64,000 nucleotides of DNA, taken from assembly GCF_021869535.1 (NCBI RefSeq), contig NW_026262712.1:32488001-32552000 (forward strand). Reading direction: 5' to 3'. Position numbers and translations under genes: made by a program. The first letter of the stretch is position 1. Every line of letters begins with the position of its first letter. Below the pieces are notes generated by a model. It made no database searches, was not told the DNA's origin, and saw only the letters and a list, made by a program, of their open reading frames with translations. Source of the stretch: Mytilus californianus (Eukaryota). Positions 1 through 11,345 of this stretch are shown here, in pieces.

Positions 1-950
1 TGAAGCAGCTTCAAATTAATATTGTCGACTGACCTGGATGATATGTGCAGAAGCATTATTTGGGCTTGTTTGTCTTTCCTCCTTGTGAGGACTACATCGC
101 ATGGTTTTTTCTCAATCTTTACTTCTCCAAAGTTCTTGATACGATTAACTAAATCTTGCATGGCGGAATTTGTATTGTACGACAGTTCGCGGTCTTTAAA
201 CTTTTCGCTGTTAATCACAGACTGCAGGAATTCGTCTTTGATTGAGACATTTTTTTCTAGCTCCTTCATAGAAATAAATGTCTGTAGATCTGTAGCATGT
301 TGCTTGATATTTTCAATGTTTGTTCGGAATTCAATTATCTCTCTTTCATTTTCCTTCAATAAGTTCAGTAGTTCGCTAATTATCTTATTTTCATTTGCTT
401 CGGTTTCATTTAACTTTTTCATAATGTCGTCTTGTATTTTGTCTAAATGGTTGTTGATTGTAATCCTTGTTTGTTTCACTTCTTGTTCAATTTGCATTTT
501 CTTTTCGGATAACCTCTTCAAGTTGTGTTCTCTATCATTTCGAATAATTTGAATATTGTCGGAAAGTTCTACTAATAATTGTTCTATTTCGTAAAAGGCA
601 TTCGAAAGTTTAGTGTTTTGAATTACATCAGCCAACTTGTCGAAGTCTCGACATTCCATATGATTTTCTACAATGCAACTACCACAGCAAAGACTTTCAT
701 GCTTTTTGCAATAAAATGTGTACTTCTCATTATGTTTGCCACAGGTTTGAGTGATTTTGACAATGTCACTTGGTATTTCCTGGTATTCACTTATTAGTAC
801 GGTGTAATGTTTTCGTGTTCCCTTTGACCTACTGTGGTGATCTTTGCATTCTGAACAAAGCCCTTCGTCACATTCAAAACACCAGATTATGGATGGTTTG
901 GTAATATTACTTTGATCACATACACCACACACGGGTGTCGATGATGCCAT
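1..950 (-). CDS. RING-less TRIM-like protein (B-box1, B-box2, coiled coil; NHL-like propeller expected beyond the left edge), single coding exon, 3' partial
   Basis: Manual translation from ATG at 950 (MASSTPVCGVCDQSNITKPSIIWCFECDEGLCSECKDHH...CGKHNEKYTFYCKKHESLCCGSCIVENH...) has no stop for about 316 codons to the window edge, which explains its absence from the ORF track. Acceptor ttttgtttccAG lies 14 nt upstream of the ATG (exon starts at 964). Colinear with the paralogues at 44631, 54956 and 58546. Confidence 0.85.
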   Translation of the reverse strand, partial: MASSTPVCGVCDQSNITKPSIIWCFECDEGLCSECKDHHSRSKGTRKHYTVLISEYQEIPSDIVKITQTCGKHNEKYTFYCKKHESLCCGSCIVENHMECRDFDKLADVIQNTKLSNAFYEIEQLLVELSDNIQIIRNDREHNLKRLSEKKMQIEQEVKQTRITINNHLDKIQDDIMKKLNETEANENKIISELLNLLKENEREIIEFRTNIENIKQHATDLQTFISMKELEKNVSIKDEFLQSVINSEKFKDRELSYNTNSAMQDLVNRIKNFGEVKIEKKPCDVVLTRRKDKQAQIMLLHISSRSVDNINLKLL

Positions 951-2644
951 TGTAAACAATAAAACTGGAAACAAAATAATTCAATTACAATGCATTACAA
1001 TTAATAATGTATTCTATGATCTCTTAACATACATGTATCCCATCATCAATTAGAGGATTATTTGAATTTGTCTTTTGCAATTCATTAAAGAAGAAGAAAC
1101 TTTACTAAACAATTTTTTTTATGATTTAAGTTGAATTTCGTAAACTTCAATATAGATTTTAAAATGCATATTTAAGGAGTATGTGTTAAAGAAAGAAATG
1201 GATTGACTTTTGACATCTAAAGAATAGAGTCTTCTAAGAAACTGACACGCTCAACTGACAAATATGTCATTTTGATATTAATATTCACATTATATACAAT
1301 CAGCTTTTTTTATTGGATTGATCAGTTTCACTTTTTATAATTTCTCTGTATCTGCAATAGTTTTCGTGAAATAAGTCAAAAGCACAAACAATTAATAAAA
1401 ATATGTGTCAGTCATGCTGAAATAAGGATTTATTTGATCATGTTTGTCTATCTGACTTATTTGTAAATTTTGGTTTGATGAACATTTTCCCTATGTGCAG
1501 TACTAAATGTTTAGAATAGTTTTTAAAATAATGGCTAAAAAACACAAATGGATTAAAACCGTCGTTTAAGGGCAATTACTCCTATTATGAGTCGATTGAC
1601 AATTACCATGATTACCGACGTTTGACTTTTACGTAGGGTGTGTGTTGCTTATGAATGTTGCTGTTTACCATAATGGCATTTCTCATTATTTTAGAATAGT
1701 GTTTAAGAAAATACTACCAAAACCTATAAACTTGACAAATATTGTCATTCAAGGGCATACAGAATCGATTTACAATTTCTGTCTACCATATGTATTTGCA
1801 GGTCTTGGTATGCTGGTCACGTTAGCTGTCTATCATTATATATTATAGTTTTCAATATAATTGCCAAAAAGCAGTTAATGGGTTATGTAAGAGCTATAAA
1901 TCAAAAAGAAATAAATTTCACATATTGGTGATGTTAAACTTGTATTAGATCTTACCGTTCTCGTTATTCTTGCTGTTTACTTTTTTACTCTTATTATCAT
2001 TGTTTTTAGAAAAAAGCTATAAATAAAACCAATGGTTAAACTTGACATTCAAGGACAACAACTCATATTAAGAATCCATTTCCCAAGTTATTTGTTTGTG
2101 TTTCTAAACATTTTGCAATTTACATATTTTGCCTACTTCCTGAAGGTTTTGAGATAGTTGAAAGCGGCAAATATTGAAAAAAATCGACATTTCAAGGGCA
2201 ACAACTCCAAAACATTGTGTCAGAATTTCATTAGTTTTTCAAATGTATATAGATCTTGTCACACTGATCATTTTAATCATTTAAACTTTAAACTTAATAA
2301 CTTTAGATTTGATAACACACAAAAAATGGAAAAATGGACTTATTAGGAGTAATAACTCCGAAAGAGATTAACATCATTTTAGTAAATAAAAGTAGATAAT
2401 TTTGCTGTGTGGCTAATTTTTGCCATAAAATATTGAAAGAAGCTTCTAAAATATCCAAGATAACCACGATAGCTTCCAAAACTTTAACAAATCCAACAAA
2501 ACGAATAATCTAGATCAATTTCATCAAAACGAGAAATATGATTTTTCTACAAATATTCGGTTTAAAACATCTTGTCCTTTTTTAACAATTTTGCAATTTA
2601 CATTTTGAACCACAGACTAGTTCTTATACTTTTATAGATATCAA

Positions 2645-2900
2645 TAAAAAGTAAAATCACAAAAATACTGAACTCCGAGGAAAATTCAATCGGAAAGTCC
2701 CTAATCACATGACAAAATCAAATGACAAAACCCATCAAACGAATGGACAACAACTGTCATATTCCTGACTTGGTACAGGCATTTTCAAATGTAGAAAATG
2801 GTGGATTGAACCTGGTTTTATAGCGCTAAACCTCTCACTTGTACGACAGTCTTATCAAATTCCGTTATATTTACAACGATGCGTGAACAAAACAGACATT
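2645..2900 (+). repeat. Dispersed non-coding repeat (family A)
   Basis: Motif string ...actccgaggaaaattcaa...aactgtcatattcctgacttggtacaggcatttt...aacctggttttatag... recurs at about 40860-41020, 42540-42700 (minus), 53300-53550 and 61495-61635. Confidence 0.7.
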
Positions 2901-3592
2901 ATAAATAAAATAGTCAAAATATGGGTACAGCAGTCATCACTGTGTTACAATATCAAAACAAACAATTATTTACAAAAAAAGCACAAAAGCATCTATCAAA
3001 TTAAAAACCACATTCATTGCTTCGCGTGTCTGACGTCAGAAAATGTAAACGTCACATAAGAAAAAAGTTTGTCATTCAATGTTTATTCAAAACAATTTTA
3101 TAATTTCACATGGGGAATGTTGGTATACAGGGTTAAAAAATCAAAAGTTATGTTAGAATTAATTTCAGAAATAGACCGAGATTTAAAATTGTCCAAAAGT
3201 TCTTTAGAATTTTAAAGAATCCACATATGGTAAATACCACTACGCGAGTAAAATAAATTTGTCGTTTGTCGTTCAAAGTATTTTCAAATTTATAATAGAA
3301 CAATAACATAATGACATATAATAGAACAATAACATAATGACGGGATCTTTTAAAGTACAGAGTCACGTTATAAGAACCACGTTAACACAAAAAGTCGCAT
3401 ATACAAAACACACCAGCAAGAATGAAAGATAATACAAACACATTGACGGGATGTATGAGTACCTAGCCACGTCAAATGGATATCACAGAAAACAAACCAA
3501 ACAGTAAAAGTAATATTAATAATAGAACAAAGACAAATGAAAGAACAATATTACACGTTGTTAAGATGATAAACAACGTCAGTATGCAGAAT

Positions 3593-3905
3593 CTATACTT
3601 CAAGACCATCATGTATTATTTGTGAAGTTGATACGGAATATTTATCAACAAGGTCTTGGTACCTTCCGATGAACTTTTTTAGAAAAAGGACGAGACGTTC
3701 TTTGACATACCCCTGGTTCATCAACTTTCTGCTCAGACACTGGTGACGTTTTACAAAGTCTGAGTAGGAGCTGCAAGCTCTTGAATATCGAATAAGTTGG
3801 GAAATGTATATCCCATATGCAGGTGAAGTTGGTATATTGCTACTAAGGTGGGGGAAATTTATAATTTTAAAACTAAACTCGTCTCGTTTGTCATAGATTC
3901 TGGTA
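3593..3905 (-). mobile_element. Penelope-like retroelement RT C-terminal (thumb) fragment
   Basis: Translates to TRIYDKRDEFSFKIINFPHLSSNIPTSPAYGIYISQLIRYSRACS..., a motif typical of bivalve Penelope-like RTs. The same protein is seen at 48216-48640 and 51630-51870. Confidence 0.7.
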
Positions 3906-5809
3906 CTGAGATGACTGTGTATGATAAAATAATAAAATAATAAATAATAATAAAACACTGGTAAAAACGTACAATTCATAGATAATAACTCGATTTAGAG
4001 TTTTTAGAATGTTTTGGGTAGATAGATCTTGCCATGCTGATCTTCATTTTTGGAAAAATACTCTTTTAACTTTGCTCTGATTGTTTTCAAAATAATGGCA
4101 AAAAACAGCAGTAAAAAATACAAAAATCTAAATTTCAGGGGCATTAAGGGGGTACCGTACACCTAAGAAAAGATAACTCTGACTGAAATTCTGAATTAAC
4201 TTACGTCAATATAGCGTTTTAAAATACGCCTCATATTACAAGCGTTTTATTGACCTTGAATAGTTGTTTACCTGTTGATATGAAGCAGACGATACATCAA
4301 TGTTATAATGGAACAGCGTAAACGTGATCCGTTTGGTAAATTTTCGAGGTCTAAATCTGCCGATAAGAAATCAAATCGTTCAGATTACTTCAAATGGTTA
4401 AATGATGGCAGGAAATTGGAAGATTCTCCGCAAGTCGGCTTGCGTAATGATCATGGCAATTACGTATACGAGTTTCTTGATGTTGGGGCCGAGGCTGAAT
4501 TGGAAGATGATAACAAGTCTGATGTGTCAAAATCTTGGACAATGAGGAGAAGAATTGTTGAGTTGAATGTCCTAGCAAAAGTAATGTATTGCTGCACTTG
4601 CAAGTGTCCGCTTCACCTGTCAAATATTGTAGGAGAACGACTGTTTGGGCTAGGTGGTCTACTGATGGTGGATTGTGAACTGTGTCATACTGTAACTGAT
4701 GTCCAGTTTGGGAAGAGGGGGCCATCTGGAAGTTATGACATCAACACAAAAGCTTCCATAGGTAGGTATAGAAACTATATGATTATATCACATGCTTGTA
4801 AATTATAATAGCCTGTATGATGCTAATATTTACAGTTTTACTGTTTACATTTTATTTATAATTAACATGTTGCATTGTTTATTTTTCATAATTATATTTA
4901 AATGCATTCATGATTTTTGTTTAATAAATAGATTAATATTGAGTCCTTGGGGGCAATTACAACTAATGTGTCTATATATATAGCTAACTCAACAGTGCAT
5001 GCTGCTTGCATACTTGGGCAAATTGGGGTGTTGGGAAAACTTTTTAGATTAAGGTATTTAGGATTTTTTCTGAGACAAATGCCTGTGCCTTATAGCAAAT
5101 TAATTGTTGAAAACATTGTCATTGTTTAATGAACATCAACAACTTTCAACCCCTCCCTTCTTATCTTTTTCATAGTCAAAGTAGGCTTTGAAAAGAGTTA
5201 TAATAACTAGTTATAAACTGTGAAATATTTTTTTTAGGGCTTGGCCATTAAATGTACAACTATATGTACATTATCATATCATGCAAATATTCTTAGATGA
5301 TGTTTTGTAAGCCAAGTCAGAGAAATTAGCACAGGACTGTCAGCCTGTGTCCTGTTAATATATCTTTAGTCTAGGAAATTTTAAAGAATTTTACAATTTT
5401 AAGAGAAACAAATTACCATCTTTTCTTTGTTTATAACACAACTGTTTCTTAGTCTTAGAAATGCAGGTGTGTACATTTTCCATTATTAAGACATCAATTT
5501 TCTTTCTCAATTTTAATAATACCTCATATTCTATTAAAGGAATGATACATGCAGGGATGGGCCCAACTCATCTGCAGAACTTTCTAGCAGAATGTAACCT
5601 GCCATCCATTACAGAGAGCACATTAAGGAAAAAAGAGAAAGAATTAAGTGGACAGATTAAAAATGTAACAATCCAGTCGTGCAATATGGCACAAAGAGAG
5701 GAAAAGTCACTTAGCACAAATGGCAATGTAAGTATTAAATGTATGCACACAAAGTGGAATATCCAGACTGGATGCCCCTTTCTAAAAAACTAAGTCTTTT
5801 TTACCCCCC

Positions 5810-5840
<31 letters not shown>

Positions 5841-6919
5841 AAACCAAACAAACCTTATATTGTATAACTTTTTATGGAGTACATCTAGAAAGTCCTAGAT
5901 CCTAGATTTAATTCAAGGGACTTAGGTAATATATATGAGAATTATAATGCAATTTGATCATGTAATGCTACATTGTATATATGTACAGGTATGTCATAAG
6001 AAACTTCAAAGTAACATCAAACATGTTTTTGAAGTGAAGCTGATTTTTTATTATTTCATGGTTTCATGCATCAAGAATCATTCAAAGAATTATTAAACAA
6101 ATAACAGTTTCACAGAAGAGTAAATTTGTAATATTAAAATGTGTCCCCTTAGTAAATATTGTCCTAATTACAAAAAATACAATAATCATTTAGGTATAAG
6201 TGTGAGACAGACAGAATAAACAACAATACATGTACATGCATGTACAGATCAAGACTTTTCACCACCTAAAATTGCACAGGACAGCACAATTTTTGAAATT
6301 TTTTCAGTAGATTTAACAGTGAGGACCAGCAGAATTTCTTTAAGGACCACAAAAACAATAATTTCTAATTGTGTATTTGGTGTGCAGTCACTGCAAATGT
6401 TTGTTTCTGCATACATATGCATCCAAAAGATTTGTTTGTGTTCTTAATAATGTATTTGTAGCTTACTACAAAACTAGGTATCCTAAAGGTGAAGGTAAAT
6501 GTTTAAGGTCAATCTATAAAAAACTTGCTGGGACTTTTTTTTATTAGAAATGCAATCTTTTTTAGATTGAAGCAAGTTTTGACGGCGACTGGCAAAAGAG
6601 AGGCTCCGGTTGGAATTATAATAGTAATACATGTAAATAAACAGCATTCATATTATATAATTTAATGTCTGACATTCATGATTTAATTACTGTATTTTGT
6701 TAAATTTTGCTGAATCAATTATTAATATAAATAACTTAATTGGACAAAGAATTAATTTCACTATTTAGTTTGATATAAGACATGTAAGAAGCTGTAGTTA
6801 AAGAAATATCTTCCCATACTTATTTTTATTCAATCCCTAGGCTAGATCTCTTTAACTTACCTGGTTCAATTATAGCAAATAGGTGAGCTTTTGCCATCAT
6901 TTTGCATACATTATAGAAG

Positions 6920-7160
6920 TAAGATGTGTTACATGATTGCCAGTGACTCAACTGTCCACCAGAGCTCAAATGAATTGGAAGTAGGCAATTATAGCTAGAC
7001 AACTATAAAACCTTCAATAATGAGAAAAACTTATATCCAACATGAAAAATACCAAACAATTCAAATGAAAAAACTAACGGCGTAAATAATAACAAAACAA
7101 TTTATGAAGAAAATATGACAGATGTAAACTAACAACAACCACTGAACTACAGGCTCCTTA
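6920..7160 (+). repeat. Dispersed repeat family B (agatgtggtatg...aatgagacaactc...)
   Basis: Related copies at about 10222-10310, 11820-12165, 13030-13115, 17715-18055, 18920-19005, 54760-54778 and 57555-57625; degenerate minus-strand copies near 27865-27945 and 61920-61990. Confidence 0.6.
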
Positions 7161-8851
7161 TTATCAATATCTGTCCGTCATATTAATCTGTAACATTACA
7201 TCTGTGAACCTTTCATTAAAATATCCATTATCCTACACTTCTAAACAAATTGAAACCAAACTTCAAAAAAATATTTACTAAACTGTTTATCATTGCATCA
7301 TGTATGTAATACCTTTTACTTTAATTCTTGCAGGACATGCAACTTTTATTGGAAAGGAGACAGGAAAGGTGTTGTCCTTTGATTTAAGGAGTAAGACTTG
7401 TAAGGTTTGTGAATTCCATCTTAATAGAAAAGAGACTGTTCCGGAGCATGAGTGTCAGTTGAATTGGCATGGCTCTAGTAAATCCATGGAGGCAGATATG
7501 GCGGTTTCTATGGCCCACAGATTAAAAGGTGATGAATGTGAAATTAATGGTATGTCTCATATTCAAAATAAAGAATTTTGAAATACAATTTCATGTAATG
7601 AGTTCCCCAAAATGCATTGAAAATATCATATAAAGGGAAATAACTCTTCTTTCAACAATACTTTTAAATTTGAAAGGTGAATATTTTGTGATTTTCACAG
7701 GAAACTAAGATTTTGTTCTTACACTTTTATGACAAAGAATCAATTAATTTTGTTGTTAATGATATAACATAAGCAATTGCATGTAAAAATCCAGTTTATA
7801 TTTATTTTAGTTGCTTTATTTACATTAGCTACATGTAATTAAATAAGGCAGAATATAACAGCTATCACTATTTTCCAAATAAAAAAAATATGCTTGCAGT
7901 TGTATATCTTGACCGCTGTTGTGTTGCCTTTTTGTAGGTTTATAATTCTTCAATCTTCATTTCAGTCATACATGCTGATAATGATGCAGCAACATCAGCC
8001 AGACTTGAAGTTGAGTTTGAAAATATAAAGAAAAAAGATGACCAGAACCATGTAAAGAAGGGTATATCAACAAGCAAATATAATATTTCAAAGAGGTATT
8101 TTCACAAATTAATTTTAGTGTTACGAGTATGTCTATGATATGAAAAGGCTTAAGCCCATCCTTTACCAAATCAAATCATACTTATAGATCTTATTATATT
8201 GATCTGTCAAGACTACAAACTCTAAAAAAAACATTACAATGAAATTTCAATTTTGTGTTGTTCAAAGACATGTAAAGATCTTTGCATTTTTGTGTTATCT
8301 GAATTCACAAACATTACATTGAAAATTGAAAGAACTATTAGTATATATATGAGTAATCTTCATGGCTTATGGAACGACCAAATAGTTTTTAGTGAGGCTT
8401 TATGAAGTTTAGAATAAAAAGGCCGGACTTAAAAAATAGAAACTAGGACCCTTTTTTTCTGAAAATTAAAAGGCAGATGCATGAATCCATGATTGAAGAT
8501 TTAGTTCATGCCCCATAAAAGTCTGAAGGGTGCTTGCTCCCTCAATAGTATAGACAGATAAGCAATAAAAAAAAGAAGACTTTTTAAATTTTTTTTTTAC
8601 ATTAATTATTTGTTTCTTATTTTGTAGTTAAAAGAATTGCAAAAGGATGAAACAAAAAAATATTTTGAGGTGCTTTATGTATTCCATTAAGGGAGGTGAC
8701 AATGAAGATGACATTAAGATTGGGCTGCAAAGAATTGTACCAGATATTTTTGGATCACATGAAAATTGTAAAGATGCTGACTGGTGTAGCTATCATCAAG
8801 ATCCAGAAACATTTACGTAAGATCTTCTATACTGGTATTGACAACATATTG

Positions 8852-10190
8852 TTAGCTTACTGGGGCCCGAAGGGCCCCATGTGAGCTTATACCATCACTT
8901 GGCGTTCGTCTGTCGTCGTCGTCGTAAACTATTTCAAAAATCTTCTCCTTTGAAACTACTGGGCTAAATACCTTCAATCTTAAAATAAATGTTCCTTAGG
9001 GTATGTAGTTTATAAATTGTATCCAAAGTTTTGATCCATCGACAAACATGGCCGCCATGGCTAAAAATAGAACATAGGGGTCAAATGTAGTTTTTGGCTT
9101 ATATCTCAAAAACTAAAGCTTTTAAAGCAAATCTGACAATGGGTAAAATTGTTCAATTGGTCAAGATCTATCAGCCCTGAAATTTTCAGACGAATCGAAC
9201 AACCAATTGTTGGGTTGCTGCCACTAAATTGGTAGTTTAAAGGAAATTTTGCAGTTTTTTGTTATTATCTTGAATATTATTATAGATAGATATAAACTGT
9301 AAACAGCAATAATGTTCAGCAAATTAAGATCTACAAAAAAGTTAAATGACCAAAATTGTCAATTGACCGCTTAAGGAGTTATTGCCCTTAAAGCTTTAAA
9401 GACAATTTTACACAATTTGTTCATCAAGTTTGCTAACATTAAAAAATCTTCTCCTCTGAAACTATTGTGCCTAATACTTCTTAACTTTAAATAAATGTTC
9501 CTTTAGGAATTTAGTTTATGAATTATATCCGAATTTTTTATCAATCAACAAACATGGCCGCCATGGCTAAAAATAGAACATAGGGGTCAAATGCAGTTTT
9601 TGGCTTATATCTCAGAAACTAAAGCATTTAGAGAAAATCTGACATGGGGTAAAAATGTTTAAAAGGTCAAGATCTATCATCCCAGACTTTTTCAGACAAA
9701 CATTGTTGGGTTGCTGCCACTAAATTGGTTATTTGAAGGAAATTTTGCAGTTTTTGGTTGCTATCTTGAATATTATTGAAGATAAAGATAAACTGTAAAC
9801 AGCAAAAAATGTCCAATAAAGTAAGATCTACAAAAAGGTTTCATATGATCAAAATTGTCAATTGACCCCTTAAGAAGTTATTGCCCTTTAAGGACAATTT
9901 TATACAAGTTGTTTATGTTTTTTAACTTTAAAAAAAGAAATGAATCTAGTATAAATTTTGTATTTTATTTCCTTGTACGTCAAGAAACATAGAAACTATG
10001 GCTAAAATGGAACATATGGGTAAAATGCATTTATTTGCTTTTGAAGAAAATATGACAGATACAATGAACATTGAAGTGGCATTTTTAAGCCACTCATTAA
10101 TATATATTGAAAAGCAAAACTAATCATTGATGAAAGATTTAACCAGGTTTTAACAGGTGAGCGATTCAGGCTCTTGAGAGCCTCTTGTTT
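8852..10190 (+). mobile_element. Non-autonomous Helentron-like (HINE) element in a transposase intron
   Basis: 5' hairpin GGGGCCC-gaa-GGGCCCC (8862-8878); 3' aggtgagcga followed by hairpin AGGCTCT-tg-AGAGCCT (10168-10183) and a T-run. Two internal tandem copies of a unit of about 530 bp (aaacatggccgccatggctaaaaatagaacatagggg at about 9045 and 9571). Confidence 0.7.
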
Positions 10191-10289
10191 TCTGTATTGT
10201 CTCATTTCTCAAAGAATTAATAGATATAAGATGTGGTATGAGTGCTAATGAGACACCTCTTCCATCCAATTCACAATTTGTAAAAAGAA

Positions 10290-11345
10290 ACCAATGATAC
10301 ATATGTCAATCCTAAAAATTGATTCCTTAGTATGCTGAATCTTACCGTGTATTAAGTTTTTGGATTTTGGCCCGGTTTTTAAATTGGTCCACATTGAGGT
10401 CCAAAGGGTCAAAAATTAAACTTTGTTTGATTTCATCAAAAATTGAATTATAGGGGTTCTTTGATATGACGAATCCAACTGTGTATTTAGGTTCTTAATT
10501 TTTGGTCCCGTTTTCAAATTGATCTACATTAAGGTCCAAAGGGTCCAAAATTATACTTTGTTTGTTTTTAACAAAAATTGAATTCATGGGGTTCTTTGAT
10601 ATGCTGAATCTAAACATATATTTAGATTTTTGATTATGGGCCCAGTTTTCAAGTCAGTCCAAATTGGGGTCCAAAATTAAACTTTGTTTGATTTCAACAA
10701 AAATTTAATATATGGGGTTCTTTGATATGCTGAATCTAACCATGTATTAAGTTTTTGGATTTTGAACCCCATTTAAATTGGCCTACATTGAGGTCCAAAG
10801 TGTCCAAATTAAACTTTGTTTGATTTCATCAAAAATTGACTTATTAGGGTTCTTTGATATGCGGAATCTAACCTTGTATTTAGATTTTTAATTTTTGGTC
10901 CCTTTTCTAATTGGTCTACATTAAGGTCAAAGGGTCCAAAATTAAACTTTGTTTGATTTCAACAAAAATTGAATATATTGGGTTCTTTGATATGCTGAAT
11001 CTTACCATGTATTTAGATTTTTGATTTTGGGTCCCGTTATCAAATTGGTCCATATTGAGGTCAAAAGGGTTCAATATTAAATTTTATTTGATTTCTTAAA
11101 AAAATGAATTCTTGAGGTTCTTTGATATGCTTAATCTAACCATGTATTTAGATTTTGGATATTTGACCTTAGTAGGTGAATGCCCAATTTAAAAATTTTA
11201 ATTTCTTAGACTACATTCATTTTGTGTCAGAAATCTATGCTGTGTCAAATATTAATAACAATTCAAATTCAGAGCTGTATCAAGCTTGAATGTTGTGTCC
11301 ATACTTGCCCCAACTGTTCAGGGTTCGACCTCTGCGGTAGTATCA
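10290..11345 (+). repeat. Tandem array of ~133 bp units inside a Helitron-like non-autonomous element
   Basis: About 7 units (aaattggtccacattgaggtccaaagggtccaaaattaaactttgtttgatttc...ggttctttgatatgctgaatc), then a conserved terminal block (...gccccaactgttcagggttcgacctctgcgg). Duplicated at about 16182-17250. Confidence 0.75.

Noticed and set aside
22-797. Plus-strand ORFs 22-552 and 579-797 (also 45199-45522, 55609-55935, 59209-59526 on minus)
   Set aside because: Antisense shadows of the TRIM-like coding sequences.
5804-5843. Long poly-C followed by poly-A (also poly-C at about 20807-20822 and 63787-63803)
   Set aside because: Simple homopolymer tracts of uncertain length with no associated structure.
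6630-7336. Selenocysteine recoding of the junction TGA in the transposase
   Set aside because: The position corresponds to Gly, not Cys. Other frameshifts show the gene is decayed, and no SECIS was identified.
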